Shown piece after piece: positions 13,220 through 27,598 of a stretch of DNA of 64,000 bases. The translations under genes were made by a program, and so were the position numbers. Each line of letters opens with the position of its first letter. Within the stretch, counting starts at the first letter, position 1. The DNA is taken from assembly GCA_964016885.1 (NCBI GenBank), contig OZ024741.1:46624001-46688000 (forward strand), given 5' to 3'. The DNA comes from Eledone cirrhosa (Eukaryota). The notes below the pieces were generated by a model. It had not been told where the DNA came from, made no database searches, and saw nothing but the letters and a program-made list of their open reading frames with translations.

Positions 13220-14255
13220 TCAACTACAAGAAATCCTTGACCGATATCACAGAAAACTAGATACCTTACAGTTTTTAGTTTCGTCACTCAGAATTGTGAG
13301 TTCAAAGCCTTACCATAATCAATAAACTAATTAACAAGATCGATATAACGCAACGATACTTGTTTAGATTCTGACCATCTTATTCCATTATACTTTGCTT
13401 AAAATAATAAAATCAAAAACAATATTTATTTATTTATTTATTTGTTTATTATAATTGATTGATTGATTGATCTGTTATTTTAGAAAGAAAAAAACGTTAA
13501 AAGGGGGGGGGGGGCAATTAACTGATCAATAATATCAAATATTATTAATCAGATCGATTGCAAAACATCAAATAAATATTGAAAAATAATAATCATTCGA
13601 ATATGATTGTTTTCTTTTCTTTTTTCTCTTTCTACGAATCATCTAATGATCGAACGTTCGAACGATCGAACGGTCGATTGATTGAATTATCTTTATTGTT
13701 GCTGTTTTGTCTTTGTTTCCTAATTAATATATTTAGCGGGAGGGGGGTATTTTAATGTTATTGATTTACGTAGTTAAATCGATTCCATTAATATCAGACA
13801 TTAATAGAAACATAGTTCATATCGGCCGCCAGAAAATGCCCTCTTTTATATTTGTTTGTTGTTTTGCTGTTGTTGTTGTTTTTGTTGTTGTTGTTGTCTA
13901 GGTCAACTGGTGCAGACCTTTGATAAAATATAACTGAAAGTCTTTTTGCTATTTCATTTCTATCAAATAGAGTAACAAAAATAAATCGGTCTTGAAGCGA
14001 GCTTCTAATTAATTAATGTGATGTGTCATCTATCCTCCGTCGGTCTCGACGATGAACATTCAATTTTTTTATTAACTGAACGTACAGCTTATGAATTAAC
14101 GTCTAAGTGGTTGAATATTGAACAGACACGTGTATCCTTAACGCAATTCCAAAATTAAATCAATGTGACAAAATATTTGACGAGGTTGGACCTGTGAATT
14201 ACAGATACAATCCAATTTGGTATCATAATGTAAGGGGATATGACGAGGATTTGGA

Positions 14256-14450
14256 TTGGTAGAGCGTCGGACAGCATGCTTAGTGACATATAGTTACAGC
14301 TGTTTACGTTCAAATCCCGCCGAGGTTAGCTTTACCTTTCATTCTTACGGAGTCGATAAAAGAAAGTACCAGTAACGCACTGGGGTCGATTTAATCGATT
14401 TCCCCCTCTCCAAAAATTGTTGGCCTTGTGCCTAAATTAGAAACCATTAT
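14256..14450 (+). mobile_element. SINE family A copy
   Basis: ggtagagcgtcggac...gttcaaatcccgccgagg...ggccttgtgcctaaattagaaaccattat. Confidence 0.85.
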
Positions 14451-15532
14451 AATGTAAGTGGCTGATTATTGCACACATACGTGTACCCTTAGGGCAATTC
14501 CGAAGTTAAATCACTGTGACAAAATATTTGACAAAGGTGGACCTTAGAATTAGAAACACAACCCACTCAACATGCTTCCATGTTGTTTCCGTTTGCCCAA
14601 TTTGATTCACAAGGCTTGGATCGACCCAGACTATCGAAACGACATGAAAGCTCATGATGGCTGCGTCCATAACTAATATAATGCCAGACCTGTCAACTCT
14701 CCCCGTCAGACGGGTAGATCTCCCACCCATTTTGTGGTGGGTGAGAGATGTCTACTCTTGTGAAAATGGGTATAGTTTTCATTACGTAAAATCTCTCCAT
14801 TTTGCCTCATTTCTCCCCGCTTGGGGGCACTTTTTTTCATGGTACTCCTTGTTTGGGTTTTTAGAGGTTGGCAGATCTGTGATGCTGAAAAGTATAATAT
14901 GCCATTTTCACACTGAAAAACATGAGAAATAACCTTTGTTCGTGTTACCCGAACATATGTACACCATGACTCAACGTATAGAAGGATATATCAGCAATAA
15001 CTCTTTATATCAAGCATAATATGATTGACAGAAATGCTGGGTCACTTACACGTTAATGTCGCAAGAAAGCTGTTCCATCCATTAATCGAACAACAGACAG
15101 TCGAAACCGACGGAGGCCCATTCCATTTGTATTTGTTGAATTATTGATAAATTGATATGATCAAATTAAATTTCTATTTTTCATATGTTCCTCTATCTTT
15201 TCTTCTGTCTTGCCGTATTAGACATCATTGCTTCAGTAATTTGCAAGTTCATTGAGTATGATTTCAATTTAATGTACTGAACAACTTCACTACAAAGATT
15301 AAAGCATACATATTTTCGTAAAAACGCACAGACACACAGACAGGCGTACTTATATATAGACATACATGCGCGTGTATATATATTTAGGCACACACATACA
15401 CACATACATATAGATATAGATATAGATATATGAATATATATACATAATTATATATATATACACATAATTATATATATATACATATACAAATATATATCTG
15501 TGTGTGTGTGTCTATGTATGTGTGTATGTATG

Positions 15533-15569
<37 letters not shown>

Positions 15570-15578
15570 ATATGTATG

Positions 15579-15611
<33 letters not shown>

Positions 15612-15621
15612 ATATATATAC

Positions 15622-15673
<52 letters not shown>

Positions 15674-15717
15674 GTTATATATTCCTTATTGGGTGCTTTT
15701 GGCTGCACTTCCCGACA

Positions 15718-15772
15718 GCATTCGTTAGCTTGCCCGCAACCAGAGCTTCGATTATGCTGTAGTACCTTCTTG

Positions 15773-15832
<60 letters not shown>

Positions 15833-15934
15833 CTTCGATTATGCTGTACTACCTTCTTGTATTATATATATATATATATATAATACAAGAAGGTAGTACA
15901 GCATAATCGAAGCTCTGGTTGCGGGCAAGCTAAC

Positions 15935-15938
<4 letters not shown>
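15718..15938. repeat. Direct plus inverted duplication of a ~60-bp repeat end, separated by (TA)n/(GA)n
   Basis: attcgttagcttgcccgcaaccagagcttcgattatgctgtagtaccttcttgtatta is partly repeated at ~15831 and reverse-complemented at ~15881-15938. Related sequence at ~38665-38865 and ~49535-49735. Confidence 0.9.
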
Positions 15939-15972
<34 letters not shown>

Positions 15973-16297
15973 GTCTGCCTTACCCTATAACACACCGTAA
16001 CCTCTGATCATGTAATCATCTTGTCGAACATATCACCCCAGCACCACCACCATCACCATGTCCACAACACACATCGCCGTACGTCCATAAACACCTTCTA
16101 ACCGGTATTCGATCCTGTATATATATTTTTGTCCCCTACAACTCCACCACAAAACACAACTCCATACTTCACCAACACCGACAACACATACCTCCACTCT
16201 CCATCCAACAATAGCATGTGTGTCGGTGTGTAAGTATTCTTACACATACGGACGTATAAGTGTGCGTGCGTGTATATCTATGTGTTGTCTGTACATC

Positions 16298-16348
<51 letters not shown>

Positions 16349-17569
16349 ATGTATATATATGTATGTGTATATATGTGCGTGAGTATACGTGTGTGTGAGT
16401 GTGTATGTGTATATTTTGTATAGGTGAGTGTGAGTCCATGTGCCCATACCCATATGTGTGTATGGGTATATGTATGTGTATGTATGTATGTAAAACACCT
16501 TCTACATTGCCTCTCACCTTCCCCCATCTCCGTCCTTCGCCACCCCCAACGATACTCCCCCACTCTCCATATTCGTGTCCGCATGCGCACACGCACATAC
16601 ATGTGTGTACATATACATATGGCTGTGTGTGAGCGTGTGTAGATATGTGTGGGCAAGGATGTGCGTATGTGTTTTGTGGTGGGTGTGTTTATACAACAAT
16701 ATGTGTGCACATATACCTATATGTGTGTGCGTATACGTATATACAAAGCATCTGTCAGACGATGAGCGTCTAGCTATGTATCTAGGTAATGACCTTGACG
16801 CCACCAATACATCCACCACACCACCACAAACGCCACTACCATAGACAGCGGCACCAATACCACACCCCCACACACACGCCAACCCGTCTACTGACAACCC
16901 ACTAACCTCACACCACAGCCCATCCCACTAAGCAACCATAACCACCACCATATCATAACATCTACCCCCACATACTCTACACGCCAAGGCCAATCAACCA
17001 CCACCACATCACAGCCCATCTCATCCACCCATCGTCACCAACATCTCACCATCACCCCCACCTCATACACACTACAGGCCAGTACATCGCCTTGACCCTT
17101 CCCACCAATCAAAACAACTTATTTTGTCAAACTCTTGAATCTCTGACTTTATCACATAGCATGTATTTCATTTTCTTATAGCATTTTAACAGGGTCCGTC
17201 GAGCTGCGGATTATTGAGTCGGATAGGATCGATATAGATCGAACCTTGAGCTAATCAGTGGCGAAACGCGGTCACCTATCAATAAATGCAATGAAGGAAT
17301 AATCAATCGTCCTTTTTATCCTTTATATATATATATATATGAATGTGTGTGTGTGTTGTATATGTGCGTCTGTGTGAAGATTGAAGATAACTTAAATGTA
17401 GATATATCTACAGTTTGTGTGTGTGTTTTTTTAATAAGAAGCTTCACTGCAAAAAGAATGAATTGGAAACATACACTTTCTATTATTAATTCTATACACT
17501 GAAAAACATGAGAAATAACCTTTGTTCGTGTTAACTGAACATATGTACGCCATGACTCAACGTATAATA

Positions 17570-17700
17570 TGGTTTCTTAAAGAGGCACAAGACCAACAAT
17601 TTGGGGGGAGAGGAAAGTCGATTAAATCTAACCTCGGGTGGATTTGAACTCAGAACGTAGAAGACCATAACTATATGCCGCAAAATACCGCTAATCTACT
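17570..17700 (-). mobile_element. SINE family A partial copy
   Basis: Reverse complement of the family A 3' end and B-box (ggatttgaactcagaacg). Confidence 0.7.
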
Positions 17701-18417
17701 GTTCTTTATATCAAGAATAATGTAGAACTTAACTAAAATGATCAGTCTAATTTGCATAATATGCATTCGTTTAGCACGGTATTATTTGACAAGATTCGGG
17801 CTGCTATTTTTAACAGATTAAGCAACTCTGTATAATCCCTCCTTGATTCGATTAATGGTGTTTCCTCGTGTAAATAAGACAATAATACAAACTCACTTAA
17901 TGAAAGAAATATCCCAAATGCCGAATAACATTCTTATAGCTAAAATCTAATAGCATACGACTTCCTCTAAAATCATGTATCATAGAAGTGCTTTCACCAC
18001 CAAACCATAATTACAAAGGTGGTATTTTAATCATTTCATCTATATTTCTTCTTATTCAGCAAATTTCCAAATATATAAGAAGTCTACATGTAGAAGAAAA
18101 GAGAATATTAGATTCTCTGACCTTTAAACATATTTTTTGTTCCATGTCTTCTTTCATTTTTTTTTTTTCTAATCACCTAGTTACTGGAGTTTATTATGCC
18201 TGTAAATAAACAAAGCAAGAGCTGACAGTAAACAGTATTATTTTGTTGACCCCCCCCCCCCCACACACACACACACGCAGGCATACAAAAAAGTGTGTTA
18301 TGTGTGTTTATTTATATATGTATATGTATATATGTTAATGTATATATATATATATATATACACACACACATTATATACAAATATACACAAATATATATAT
18401 ATATATATATATATATT

Positions 18418-18544
<127 letters not shown>

Positions 18545-18545
18545 G

Positions 18546-18587
<42 letters not shown>

Positions 18588-18749
18588 CACGTTAACTACT
18601 TTTCCCATCTTGACGTTATAGTCGCATATATGTTATAGAATGCCGTTAGCTTCTTGCTAAAACAATCTCTATACCTCTCATTTATATATATATATATATA
18701 TATATATTCATATATATATACATACATATACATATATATATATATATAG

Positions 18750-18785
<36 letters not shown>

Positions 18786-18787
18786 TC

Positions 18788-18818
<31 letters not shown>

Positions 18819-18860
18819 CTTCCATGTACCTAACTATTCTCTCCCTATCTGAACTCTCCA

Positions 18861-18896
18861 TTTCCTGACGAAGGACTTCCGTCCGAAAGGTATAAC
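18861..18896 (+). ncRNA. Degenerate minimal hammerhead ribozyme motif
   Basis: CTGACGA-a-GGAC ttcc GTCC-GAAA-ggta. Stem I and III are decayed. Downstream aagcgtgaacctaata resembles the 34.6/62.6 kb family. Confidence 0.55.
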
Positions 18897-18977
18897 CCCC
18901 TCGACTTCCTAAGCGTGAACCTAATAAGACTTTGTATTTTTGCATCCCTGTGTTGTTTTTTTGGTTTTATTTGTTCA

Positions 18978-19037
<60 letters not shown>

Positions 19038-19043
19038 AAGGAG

Positions 19044-19179
19044 TTGTGGTGAGGAACCAGATGGACCATAACGCACCAGAGTACTCAATATTTAGGGCAG
19101 TAGAGTGGGAAATAGTGGGAAATAATCCAGAAATAGCCGTTGAAACGGCTTGAGCTCTTCCGTCGGGGTCGTACTTTTT

Positions 19180-19183
<4 letters not shown>
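19044..19183 (+). repeat. Dispersed (TA)n-flanked repeat family E (other copies ~38482-38550, ~41709-41891, ~48925-49047, ~56082-56210)
   Basis: gtggtaaggaaccagatggaccataacgcaccagagtactcaatacttagggtagtagagtggg is shared. In this copy the distal part is inverted relative to the other copies. Confidence 0.85.
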
Positions 19184-19243
<60 letters not shown>

Positions 19244-19575
19244 TTGATTGATAGATATATAGATAGATATAGATATGTATAGGAATATATATGTATATAG
19301 AGAGAAAGAGTGTGCGGTGCTCTTACCTAGGAGACCACTAATCATGTGAGTACTTGATACATGAGGAAATGTAGAGTGGGTATATATATATTTACCAACG
19401 ACCGCTACGAGGAATTGAACGCCATATTTTACAGATAGCGGATAGAAGATATCTGGAAGATATGGAGTTCAATTCCTCGTAGCAGTCGTTACGACTTTTA
19501 AGGGTCTTAACCCTATTTTATATGCAATCTTTACACCATTTCTGCGCTGGGACACTTTCATTATACTCACATAAT

Positions 19576-19625
<50 letters not shown>

Positions 19626-19767
19626 CACATATATATATAAATATATATATATATATATTATTAGAAATGTAAGCTATCGCCGTATTTTGACTAAAGACAT
19701 TAAAGAAATTATTTAGCCTGATAGTGGGGTTAAGAAACCTCGGAGAAATGGAAAAAGATGAGTATTG

Positions 19768-19820
<53 letters not shown>

Positions 19821-19823
19821 TAC

Positions 19824-19864
<41 letters not shown>

Positions 19865-19867
19865 TAC

Positions 19868-19926
<59 letters not shown>

Positions 19927-20114
19927 GGTTTGTTGGTTCACCACTGGATAGAACTGGTCATTCCGTATGGTCAACCTCGATGTAATATTATGGAAATTAC
20001 TCAACGTAATGCAACTCACCCGTCTTCGTTAGTGTAGTTGGTGGTGCGAGTACGGAGGTAATTATTATAAAATAACAGGAGGCTGGACTGGTGTAAGTCC
20101 TTGAAAGGTTTATT

Positions 20115-20172
20115 ATACTATGATCATTTCAATGACCGGGTTCAGTATGAATCCGGTGATATCATCAGGTAT
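20115..20172 (-). ncRNA. Minimal type-I hammerhead ribozyme
   Basis: Minus strand: ATAC-CTGATGA-tatc ACCGGATTCA tac TGAACCCGGT catt-GAA-ATGATCAT-A-GTAT, followed by AATAAA. Stem I ATAC/GTAT, palindromic stem III. Confidence 0.75.
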
Positions 20173-21435
20173 TCGAAATATAACAAAGGAATATAACAGA
20201 TAAAATCCATGGGGCTGAAAATCAGAGACAAGAGGACGACCGACTATTTAGCAGCTTCTACCTCAGTCGGTCGCTCTCAAGTGTTGATTATTAAGTCTAC
20301 TTATGACCATCTGGTGAGGGGGCATAAGCTTATAATGTGCTACTACCTCCCCGTCAAAGAGAAATGTCAGCGTCGAGGTCAAGCCACAATCAAGCTACTA
20401 GAGGCATAGGAAAAACATTAAAATTAAAAGTATAAATTGAAATGAGAAACCAACCTCACCTAAATCACACATGTACAAACTCACCAGGAGAATGTTTCGC
20501 CATTTTAGTAGGTTCCAATACGGCCCGGTGGGTCATCAGCATGTGGAAGGCCGATATTGTCCGCACTACTAGAGATAACTAAAGTAAACTATCCCTCGCA
20601 CGTGTAGACATAAGGGAAATGCTATGAACAAATGTTCGCTATATTATATGTATTAGCGGTAGAGATACGTATATATTTTGATTTTCTTCAAGTTACTAAA
20701 AGTGATATTGTGAGACTTCGAGAGGTTTTCAAGGAAACTGGCTTCCAGTTGTAATGTAAGGCTAAATTGCAAGGGGGCATATGATGTATATGTATATTCG
20801 GTACAACACTCACGAGCGTATCTATGAATATCTGTGTAGGCTTGTCAGTCCGTCTTTCTTTCACTTTATATATATAGAGAGGGGGGTGAGAATTAGTTAT
20901 TTGTAGAGATAAACATGAAAAAAATTAATTAAATAAATAAAAGTAAATATTAGTCTTTGATAATTGATAGAATAACCGAACCCGGTATCCAACGGTATAA
21001 AATATTTAAGCAAATCCATACGTCAGATACCAAAGATTACTATTTACAATATAACCTTTAAAAGGGCTTAAAAATGTAAACAGTCTCAGTGGTTGTGTGG
21101 TACAACCGCTGATTACATAAATTTATGCTTTTAAATGACACAGACTGTTCAGAGATCAATATCCTCGCACACGGAAGAAGATCTGAACATTTACATTTAT
21201 ATCGATGAGACAATCAGGTCGACGAGGAAGGTACAATTTTGTCTGAAATCCTTCAATATAATATTTGGCCTATTTGTATCTATGTTTCTGTCATTTTGAA
21301 CAAAAATGTTCCATAGAAGTGAGATACGATATTTTTCAAGCACTGGAAGTGGTTCATGTTCCCATCAGTTTTTATAATGGGACAGGTCCAGGTCTTTGCA
21401 AATTACCTACTAAATATATTATTATTATCATTATT

Positions 21436-21475
21436 GTCCCTTACATGTCGGCCCTTGTGGCCAAAAAATGAAATC
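21436..21475 (+). mobile_element. 40-bp 3'-terminal stub of a Tx1-like element inside the (ATT)n tract
   Basis: gtcccttacatgtcggcccttgtggccaaaaaatgaaatc resembles the 3' ends at 27330, 31046 and ~47982. ATT repeats on both sides. Confidence 0.6.
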
Positions 21476-21480
21476 ATTAC

Positions 21481-21517
<37 letters not shown>

Positions 21518-21733
21518 GGCGACCTACGTAGTAAATCGTATCATCGTGAGCTCCGCAAAAGTTTGTTATTTTCAGTTGTTTAAAATCGCCATTTATGGAA
21601 AATTTTTATTGTTAACTGTATATAAGTGCACATACATTGATTTCTGAAAAGGACACTCAAAAATATTGGGGCCTTGAGCCCAAAATTTAAACTTTTTATA
21701 ATTATCAAACAAAAAAAATTTCTTTGAAAAATC

Positions 21734-23664
21734 ATGGCGGACTCAGAGTCACACCTTCCTCACAAACTAACACCTCACACCGACACCACCATTGTAAATA
21801 TCACTATTACGTTTGCCAACACTAAAAATATAAGCAGTAGCAATATTTTTAATTTGTCTCAGCCAGACATTCATTTCCCGCCATTACCAATGACTGCAGG
21901 TGTTAAAGACGCCACCCCCACCACCACCACCACAGTTACAACAGAAACAAAAGAAAAAATATAATTTAACTCGTGATATCGAAATGAATTCAACCAAAAT
22001 GAACTCTTCCACACCGAACACCACTGACGCCACCACCACCACAACTGAAACTAAAATTAACAATAAAAAAAATAACGATAACAACAACGGCAACAATGAA
22101 ATTAAGAAAACTACCCTGAGTTTTGCCAGAGTAGCAAAAACGTGCGAAGCGATCCAGGTAACTCATGAGGAATTAGAAGAAGCCAAAAGAATGGTAAAGA
22201 AAGATGGGTACAGGGTCAGCCTCAACCCCCACCTAATAAAATGGAGCATCGTCGCCTATGCACCGTGTCTTTTCGGACAATTAACATAAAATCGCGCTGA
22301 GTGGAACGGGCATCCGAGTCCCAAATCCAAAACGCTTTGGGACATGTGTGGGTAAAAAAAACCACATCATACGTGGGCAGAAATATGGAACCGTGGACGT
22401 GTTCTTTGAAACACTACAGGAGGCCAGAGAACACTCCATGGTCCCATTAAGAAGTGACGACTTCACACTCGTCCCAAGCTATTGTGGCCAGAGACTTGTG
22501 AAGATCAGGGTGACCCACGTTCCACCGGCCATCGAAATTCCCTGGCTAATGGCTGCTGTCCTCGCCGGCATCAAGGCCAACACCAAGATAATCGAAATAG
22601 CGAAAGAAAAGCAGGAGAACTGGTCCGGATCTGGGATGGAGCACTTGATCCAAGCGGACCATAAAAGCATTGGGGAGATCCCAGAGGTAATAGACCTCAC
22701 TGACGGCAGCCACCTCACCGTAATCGTCGAGGGCAGAAGGCCTAGGTGTGTCGTTTGTGGTGAAGAAACCCACCTAAGGGCTTTCTGCCCTCAGGCTAAA
22801 AGGTTGAGGCCACCTCTCTTACCCACCCCGGTGACTCAACCATCAACACCACCAGCAGCAGAAATGGCAGCAACAACTGTAGCAGCAACAACAGAAGCAA
22901 CTGTAACAACAACAACCCCAGCAACAGTAGCAAAACCAACACCACCACCACACAACGCACCAGAACTAGCACCAGCGCCTACACCATCCACCACTCCACA
23001 AGCAAAACCAACGCCTGTGGAGGATTTTCCACTCCCCGGCTTATCGCAACTGGAGACAGATTGTGACGACGAGGAGTGGGAAACGATATCAGGAAAAAAG
23101 AAAAAAAGAAACCAAAAAAGAAAAAATTCTCTTCCTTCCCCCTCCAAAAACAAAATACAGAGGGAAACAAATAAATTATCAAACAAAAAAGTTAGGACAG
23201 ATATGCCACCATCCACACCAGCATCACCAACCCCATCACCACAAACACCAACACCATCACCATCATTAACCCCAACACCACCATCACCAACACCACAAAA
23301 GTCACCAAAAAGCGTAACAGAAACAAACCCACAACAAACGCAAACAAAACAAAACAACCAAAACGATACACACTACACAGCATTAAATTTGAACAACAAC
23401 CAATTATTACACTACATGCAACACAACACCAGCATCACAGAAAAAGACTACACAACAACCCAAAAGTTCACACAACTTCCACACATACAAATCACTCGCA
23501 TCACACAGAAAACGTACACGACACTAAAACAAAAATTCCTCAAAGACATCGGAGACTTCCGACAAACACTCTCCAGGAGGATTTATAAGGACATCCTTCC
23601 GTAGGAGGCCACAAGCAGTGAAAAGGATGGAGAAACCATCCTTCCTCTTCGAGAAGTAGGGTAA
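21734..23664 (+). pseudogene. ORF1 (gag-like, CX2CX4HX4C zinc knuckle, Pro/Thr-rich linker, basic KKKKRNQKRK patch), frameshifted
   Basis: ORF pieces 21734-21964, 21900-22289, 22348-23604. Motif RCVVCGEETHLRAFCP. Premature TAG at 23602 where copy 2 has GAG. Confidence 0.85.
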
Positions 23665-23688
23665 GTGGTCTTTCCCATCTTTTTCAAC

Positions 23689-26600
23689 ATGACCTCACTC
23701 AGAATAGGCAGCATAAATGCGCGTGGCTTGGGGTGGTCATGGAAGCAGGGCCACCTGCTCAACGACCTCAGGTCACTAAACATAGATGTAGTGGCCATCA
23801 GCGAGACCAGAATGTCCGAAGCACGGGCCTTCGCACCGATTTTCGGCGGCTACGATGTGTACGCATCTCCCAGCCGTCCGGGATCGGGGGGAGGAGTTGC
23901 TGTGCTTTTTCGGAGAGGTTTGGATCCCGCCATACGGGCCATCTTCCTGGACCCAGAAGGTAAGTTGGTGGTGCTGGACGTGACCAGCGGAGACGGGCAA
24001 GATTTCAGGTTAGTGGCCGTCTATGCCCCGACAGGAGCAGGGCGGCCTGATTTCTTCCGGCGTCTGGAGACCTTTCTTGGTACGTCCCGCTCTTTAGTGT
24101 TAGTGGGCGACTGGAACGGGATCTTAGATGCACGCTGGGACTGTGTGGGATTAGCAGATAGGGTAGGAGGGTGCAAGAGCCTCACCAACCTGCTCAGGCG
24201 TTTTGAACTGTCTGACAGGTACCGATTGGATTTCCCGAATGTGCCAATGTGGACTTGGACAAATCGCATAGGGTCATCCAGATCATATCTAGATAGAGTA
24301 TTTTGTAGGGAAATAGATAGGTCTAGCATAGGCTGTCCACAATTCACGGACCACAAATTCGTGATCTGTGTGCTTGACTTAGATAGGCTTCATAGACGAG
24401 GACCCGGCTACTGGAAGCTAAACGTGTCCTTACCAGCGCGCCAGGCCTACAGAGACCGGATTAGCGAACTAGTTAAGCGGGCGTTGACGGGGCCATCGTC
24501 ACCAACAAGTGGTGGTTTGCTCTGAAAAGAGCAATTAGAATAGAGTCCATTAGGTTTAGTAAGGCTTTAGCAATTAAGAAAAATAGAGCAGATGGAGAAT
24601 TAGTTAGAAAATTAGACGAGGCGCTTAGCAAAGGCATCGCAACCGACGTACTTGTGGCGAAATTGGCCCTTGACCAATTCTTCAATGCAAAGCACGAAGG
24701 CTGCGTTGTCAGAGCTAGGGTGCGTGCTCTCAGACACGATGGGACGAAAGCCGTTCAATGGGCCCGAGTGGCGGAGGCGCGTCGTGGCAACAAAGCCACG
24801 ATCCGGTCTTTGGTGGACCACGACGGGCGCATGCTACTCGATCTCGGGCAAATGTGTGAAGCTTTTCAGCGACACTTCGCTCAGCTGTTCGGGGGCAGCG
24901 GCGGGTCGGATCGAGGGATGGACTTTAGTGTCTGCCTCGACGGGCTGCCGCGGCTCTCCGCCACTGAGGCTGAGTGTTGCGAAAAGCCGATAACAGCCGC
25001 TGAAGTACGGGAGGCAATGACTGGCTGCACAAGGGGTGAATCACCTGGTTTGGATGGTCTGCCCTATGAACTTTACGTACAGATGCCAGACTTGTTCGGA
25101 GGCCTCTTGACGGACGTCTACTGCAACTGGCAACAGAACGGGAGAATTCCCAGCTCTGTGAGCCGAGGAGCTGTGGCGCTGCTGAGAAAGGATCCGAACA
25201 AGGGGGATAACAGATAATTTTAGGCCCATAACTCTGCTAAACACAGAGTTCAAGATTTTGGCCAAAGTGCTAGAAAAGAGGTTGGCGCTTGTCGTTGGTG
25301 GTCTGGTGGGAGAGGCGCAGACATGCGCCATTCGCGACAGATCTATCCACGGACAACCTCTACCTCATGCGATACATCGTAGAGAGGGTAGCTAGGGAAC
25401 CTGACACGGGTGGGTCCTTGATCAATTTAGATCAGTCGAAAGCTTTCAATAGGGTCGACTATCGTTACCTAGCGGCAGTCCTGAGGGCGGCTGGCTTTGG
25501 GCCCGTCTTCAGAGGCTGGATCGCTGCCATGCACAGAGACATCTGCTCTGTGGTGAGAGTGAACGGTCACCTTTCGGAACCGTTCAACATCATGCGCTCG
25601 GTCCACCAAGGATGTCCCCTCTCGTCCCTCTTGTACGTATTGACTCTCGAGCCATTACTGCACAAACTGGAGACGTTGAGAGGGGTCCCGCGGGAACTAG
25701 GATGCGGAAGATCCGTGTCAGCATATGCGGACGATGTCACCGTAGTGGTGTCGAACGCCAAACACATCGAGGCGATCGGCACTCCACTAAGAGAATACCA
25801 AACGGTGACAGGAGCAATGATCAACCAGGAAAAGTCAGTGGGCCTGCAGCTCGGCACCTGGAGAGGCAGGTCCATGCCGTCCAACAGCGTCGTTGGGCGT
25901 TGGACAGACGGACCGGTTAAATTGCTCGGGGTCTGGTTCGGTCCGGATCTCCAGACGGACAAAAACTGGTACGAGGTGGCTTCTCTCACCCACAAATGGG
26001 CCGAGAGGAAGCTATCCCTGAAAGGTCGAGCGGAGGTGGCTAACGCGTATATCGCGTCCGTCATCTACTACCGCCTGACCGTCGTACCTTGTCCTAAGCC
26101 CCGCCTGACTGCGCTAGAGCGTTTGCTCTTTCGCTTTTTGTGGAAGTGACGCGCTCCGATGGTCAGGCGGTCCATCTGCTGTCAACACCCGCTACGTGAA
26201 GGACTGGGAATGCCGTGGCTGATGATGCGCAGACACGCGCTCAGGCTACGACATCTCCACCTCTTCCTCGACGGTGATCAGGTGTGGTCGCCATTTGCTA
26301 GACGCGTCTTTCCCCAGCTCGTCTCCTTGACGGAGCTGTAGTCCTGGGTCAAGCGAAGACCGAGAGGGAGCGCTTGGAGACTGGAATGTCTTCAGGCGCT
26401 CACAGCCCTCGACCAATCGGGCAATGTGATCGGTGGAAACTCCACCTTGGCGTTCTATAGAGGATTAGTGGAGGGGAAGAACGACGACGTACTTGGGGAA
26501 ACTCTAGGCGTCGACGAAAATCAACTAGCCAATTTCTTCGGAAGAACTTTCGGGGCGGGGCCTATGGAGAACTTCCAGAAATCTCTGGCCTGGCAGTGCT

Positions 26601-27079
26601 ACCGAGGAGCCTTGCCAATTCGGGATAAACTCTACAGGCATGGAGGTGCCGTCAGCCGGGCATGTCCGAGATGCGCGCAGGGCGACGAAACCGTCCTGCA
26701 CGCACTCGTCCAGTGTCCGAAAATTGCTGACTTGTGGGTTTATGTCGAACACCTGCTGTCGCGTGTAGGACGGATCCGGCTATCATCTGAGTCCATCATG
26801 AGGATTGCCCCACCCTCTTCCTTTAGCCGGGAAGGGCAGGCAGTTTTTATTTGTCTGGTGGCCATGGCGAAAGAGATAGTATGGTGGACACGTTTGAAAG
26901 GGCTGAAGACGAGCACTTACCTCTTCGGTGATGCCCTGATTAACTTTTTCAAATTTCATTTGAAAAGGAAAATCAGGGTAGAAAGGGAAGTGCTCTCTTC
27001 CCAGCATTTTGTTGAAAGATGGGTGAGAGAAGCAAGAATGGCCCGAGTGAATGGGCCTACTCTGAGTATGTATCTGTAA
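23689..27079 (+). pseudogene. ORF2 pol: AP-like endonuclease, reverse transcriptase and C-terminal zinc-binding domain, with frameshifts and stops
   Basis: APE motifs SINARG, VAISETR, VYAP, GDWN, SYLDR, TDH. RT motifs SPGLDGLP, LDQSKAFNRV, QGCPLS, AYADD. C-terminal CPRCAQGDETVLHALVQC. Stops at 26147 and 26339. Confidence 0.93.
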
Positions 27080-27328
27080 ATTAAAGGTGGAAAACTGGGA
27101 GAGGGCACTTGCCTTGGTGGTCAGGGTCACTGTGGCCTTTTACTGGGCTTTCTCCACAAATGTCCCTCCGAAGTCTCCCCTCTATTGGGGAATTTTTCAT
27201 TGTTATTTTTTTGTTACATCCTCTGTTTTTGTTTTTTACACGCAGAAATGCCCATTTGTACCGTCCTATATTGTCCTGCACTGTCCTTAATGTCTACTTT
27301 ATGTAAACCCTTGTGGTTAATAAAGAAA

Positions 27329-27330
<2 letters not shown>

Positions 27331-27390
<60 letters not shown>
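27331..27390. repeat. (ATT)20 spacer between the tandem Tx1-like copies (other tracts 21482-21517 and 31047-31090)
   Basis: Perfect ATT trinucleotide tract. Confidence 0.95.
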
Positions 27391-27598
27391 GGCGACCTAC
27401 GTAGGAAATCGTATTATCGTGAGCTCCGCAAAGGTTTGTTATTTCCGTTTGTTAAAAATTGCCATTTATGGAAAATTTTATTGTTAACTGTTTATAAGCA
27501 CACATACATTGTTTTCCGAAAAGGACACCCAAAAAGATTGGGGCCTTGTGCCCAAAATTTTAACTTTTATTATTATCCAAAAATTTCTTTGAAAAAAA

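Larger units (their letters stand above)
21518..27330 (+). mobile_element. Full-length Tx1/L1-group non-LTR retrotransposon, copy 1 (disabled), in (ATT)n
   Basis: 5'UTR starts ggcgacctacg right after (ATT)n. ORF1 has a CCHC knuckle; ORF2 has APE+RT+C-terminal Cys/His motif. 3'UTR ends aataaagaaatc before (ATT)20. Confidence 0.95.

Noticed and set aside
14700-15300. Possible minus-strand host exons (after tttttcag at ~14915 and tttgtag at ~15292); a ~70-bp segment is duplicated at ~17497-17566
   Set aside because: Short frames with no recognisable homology and no consistent exon chain.
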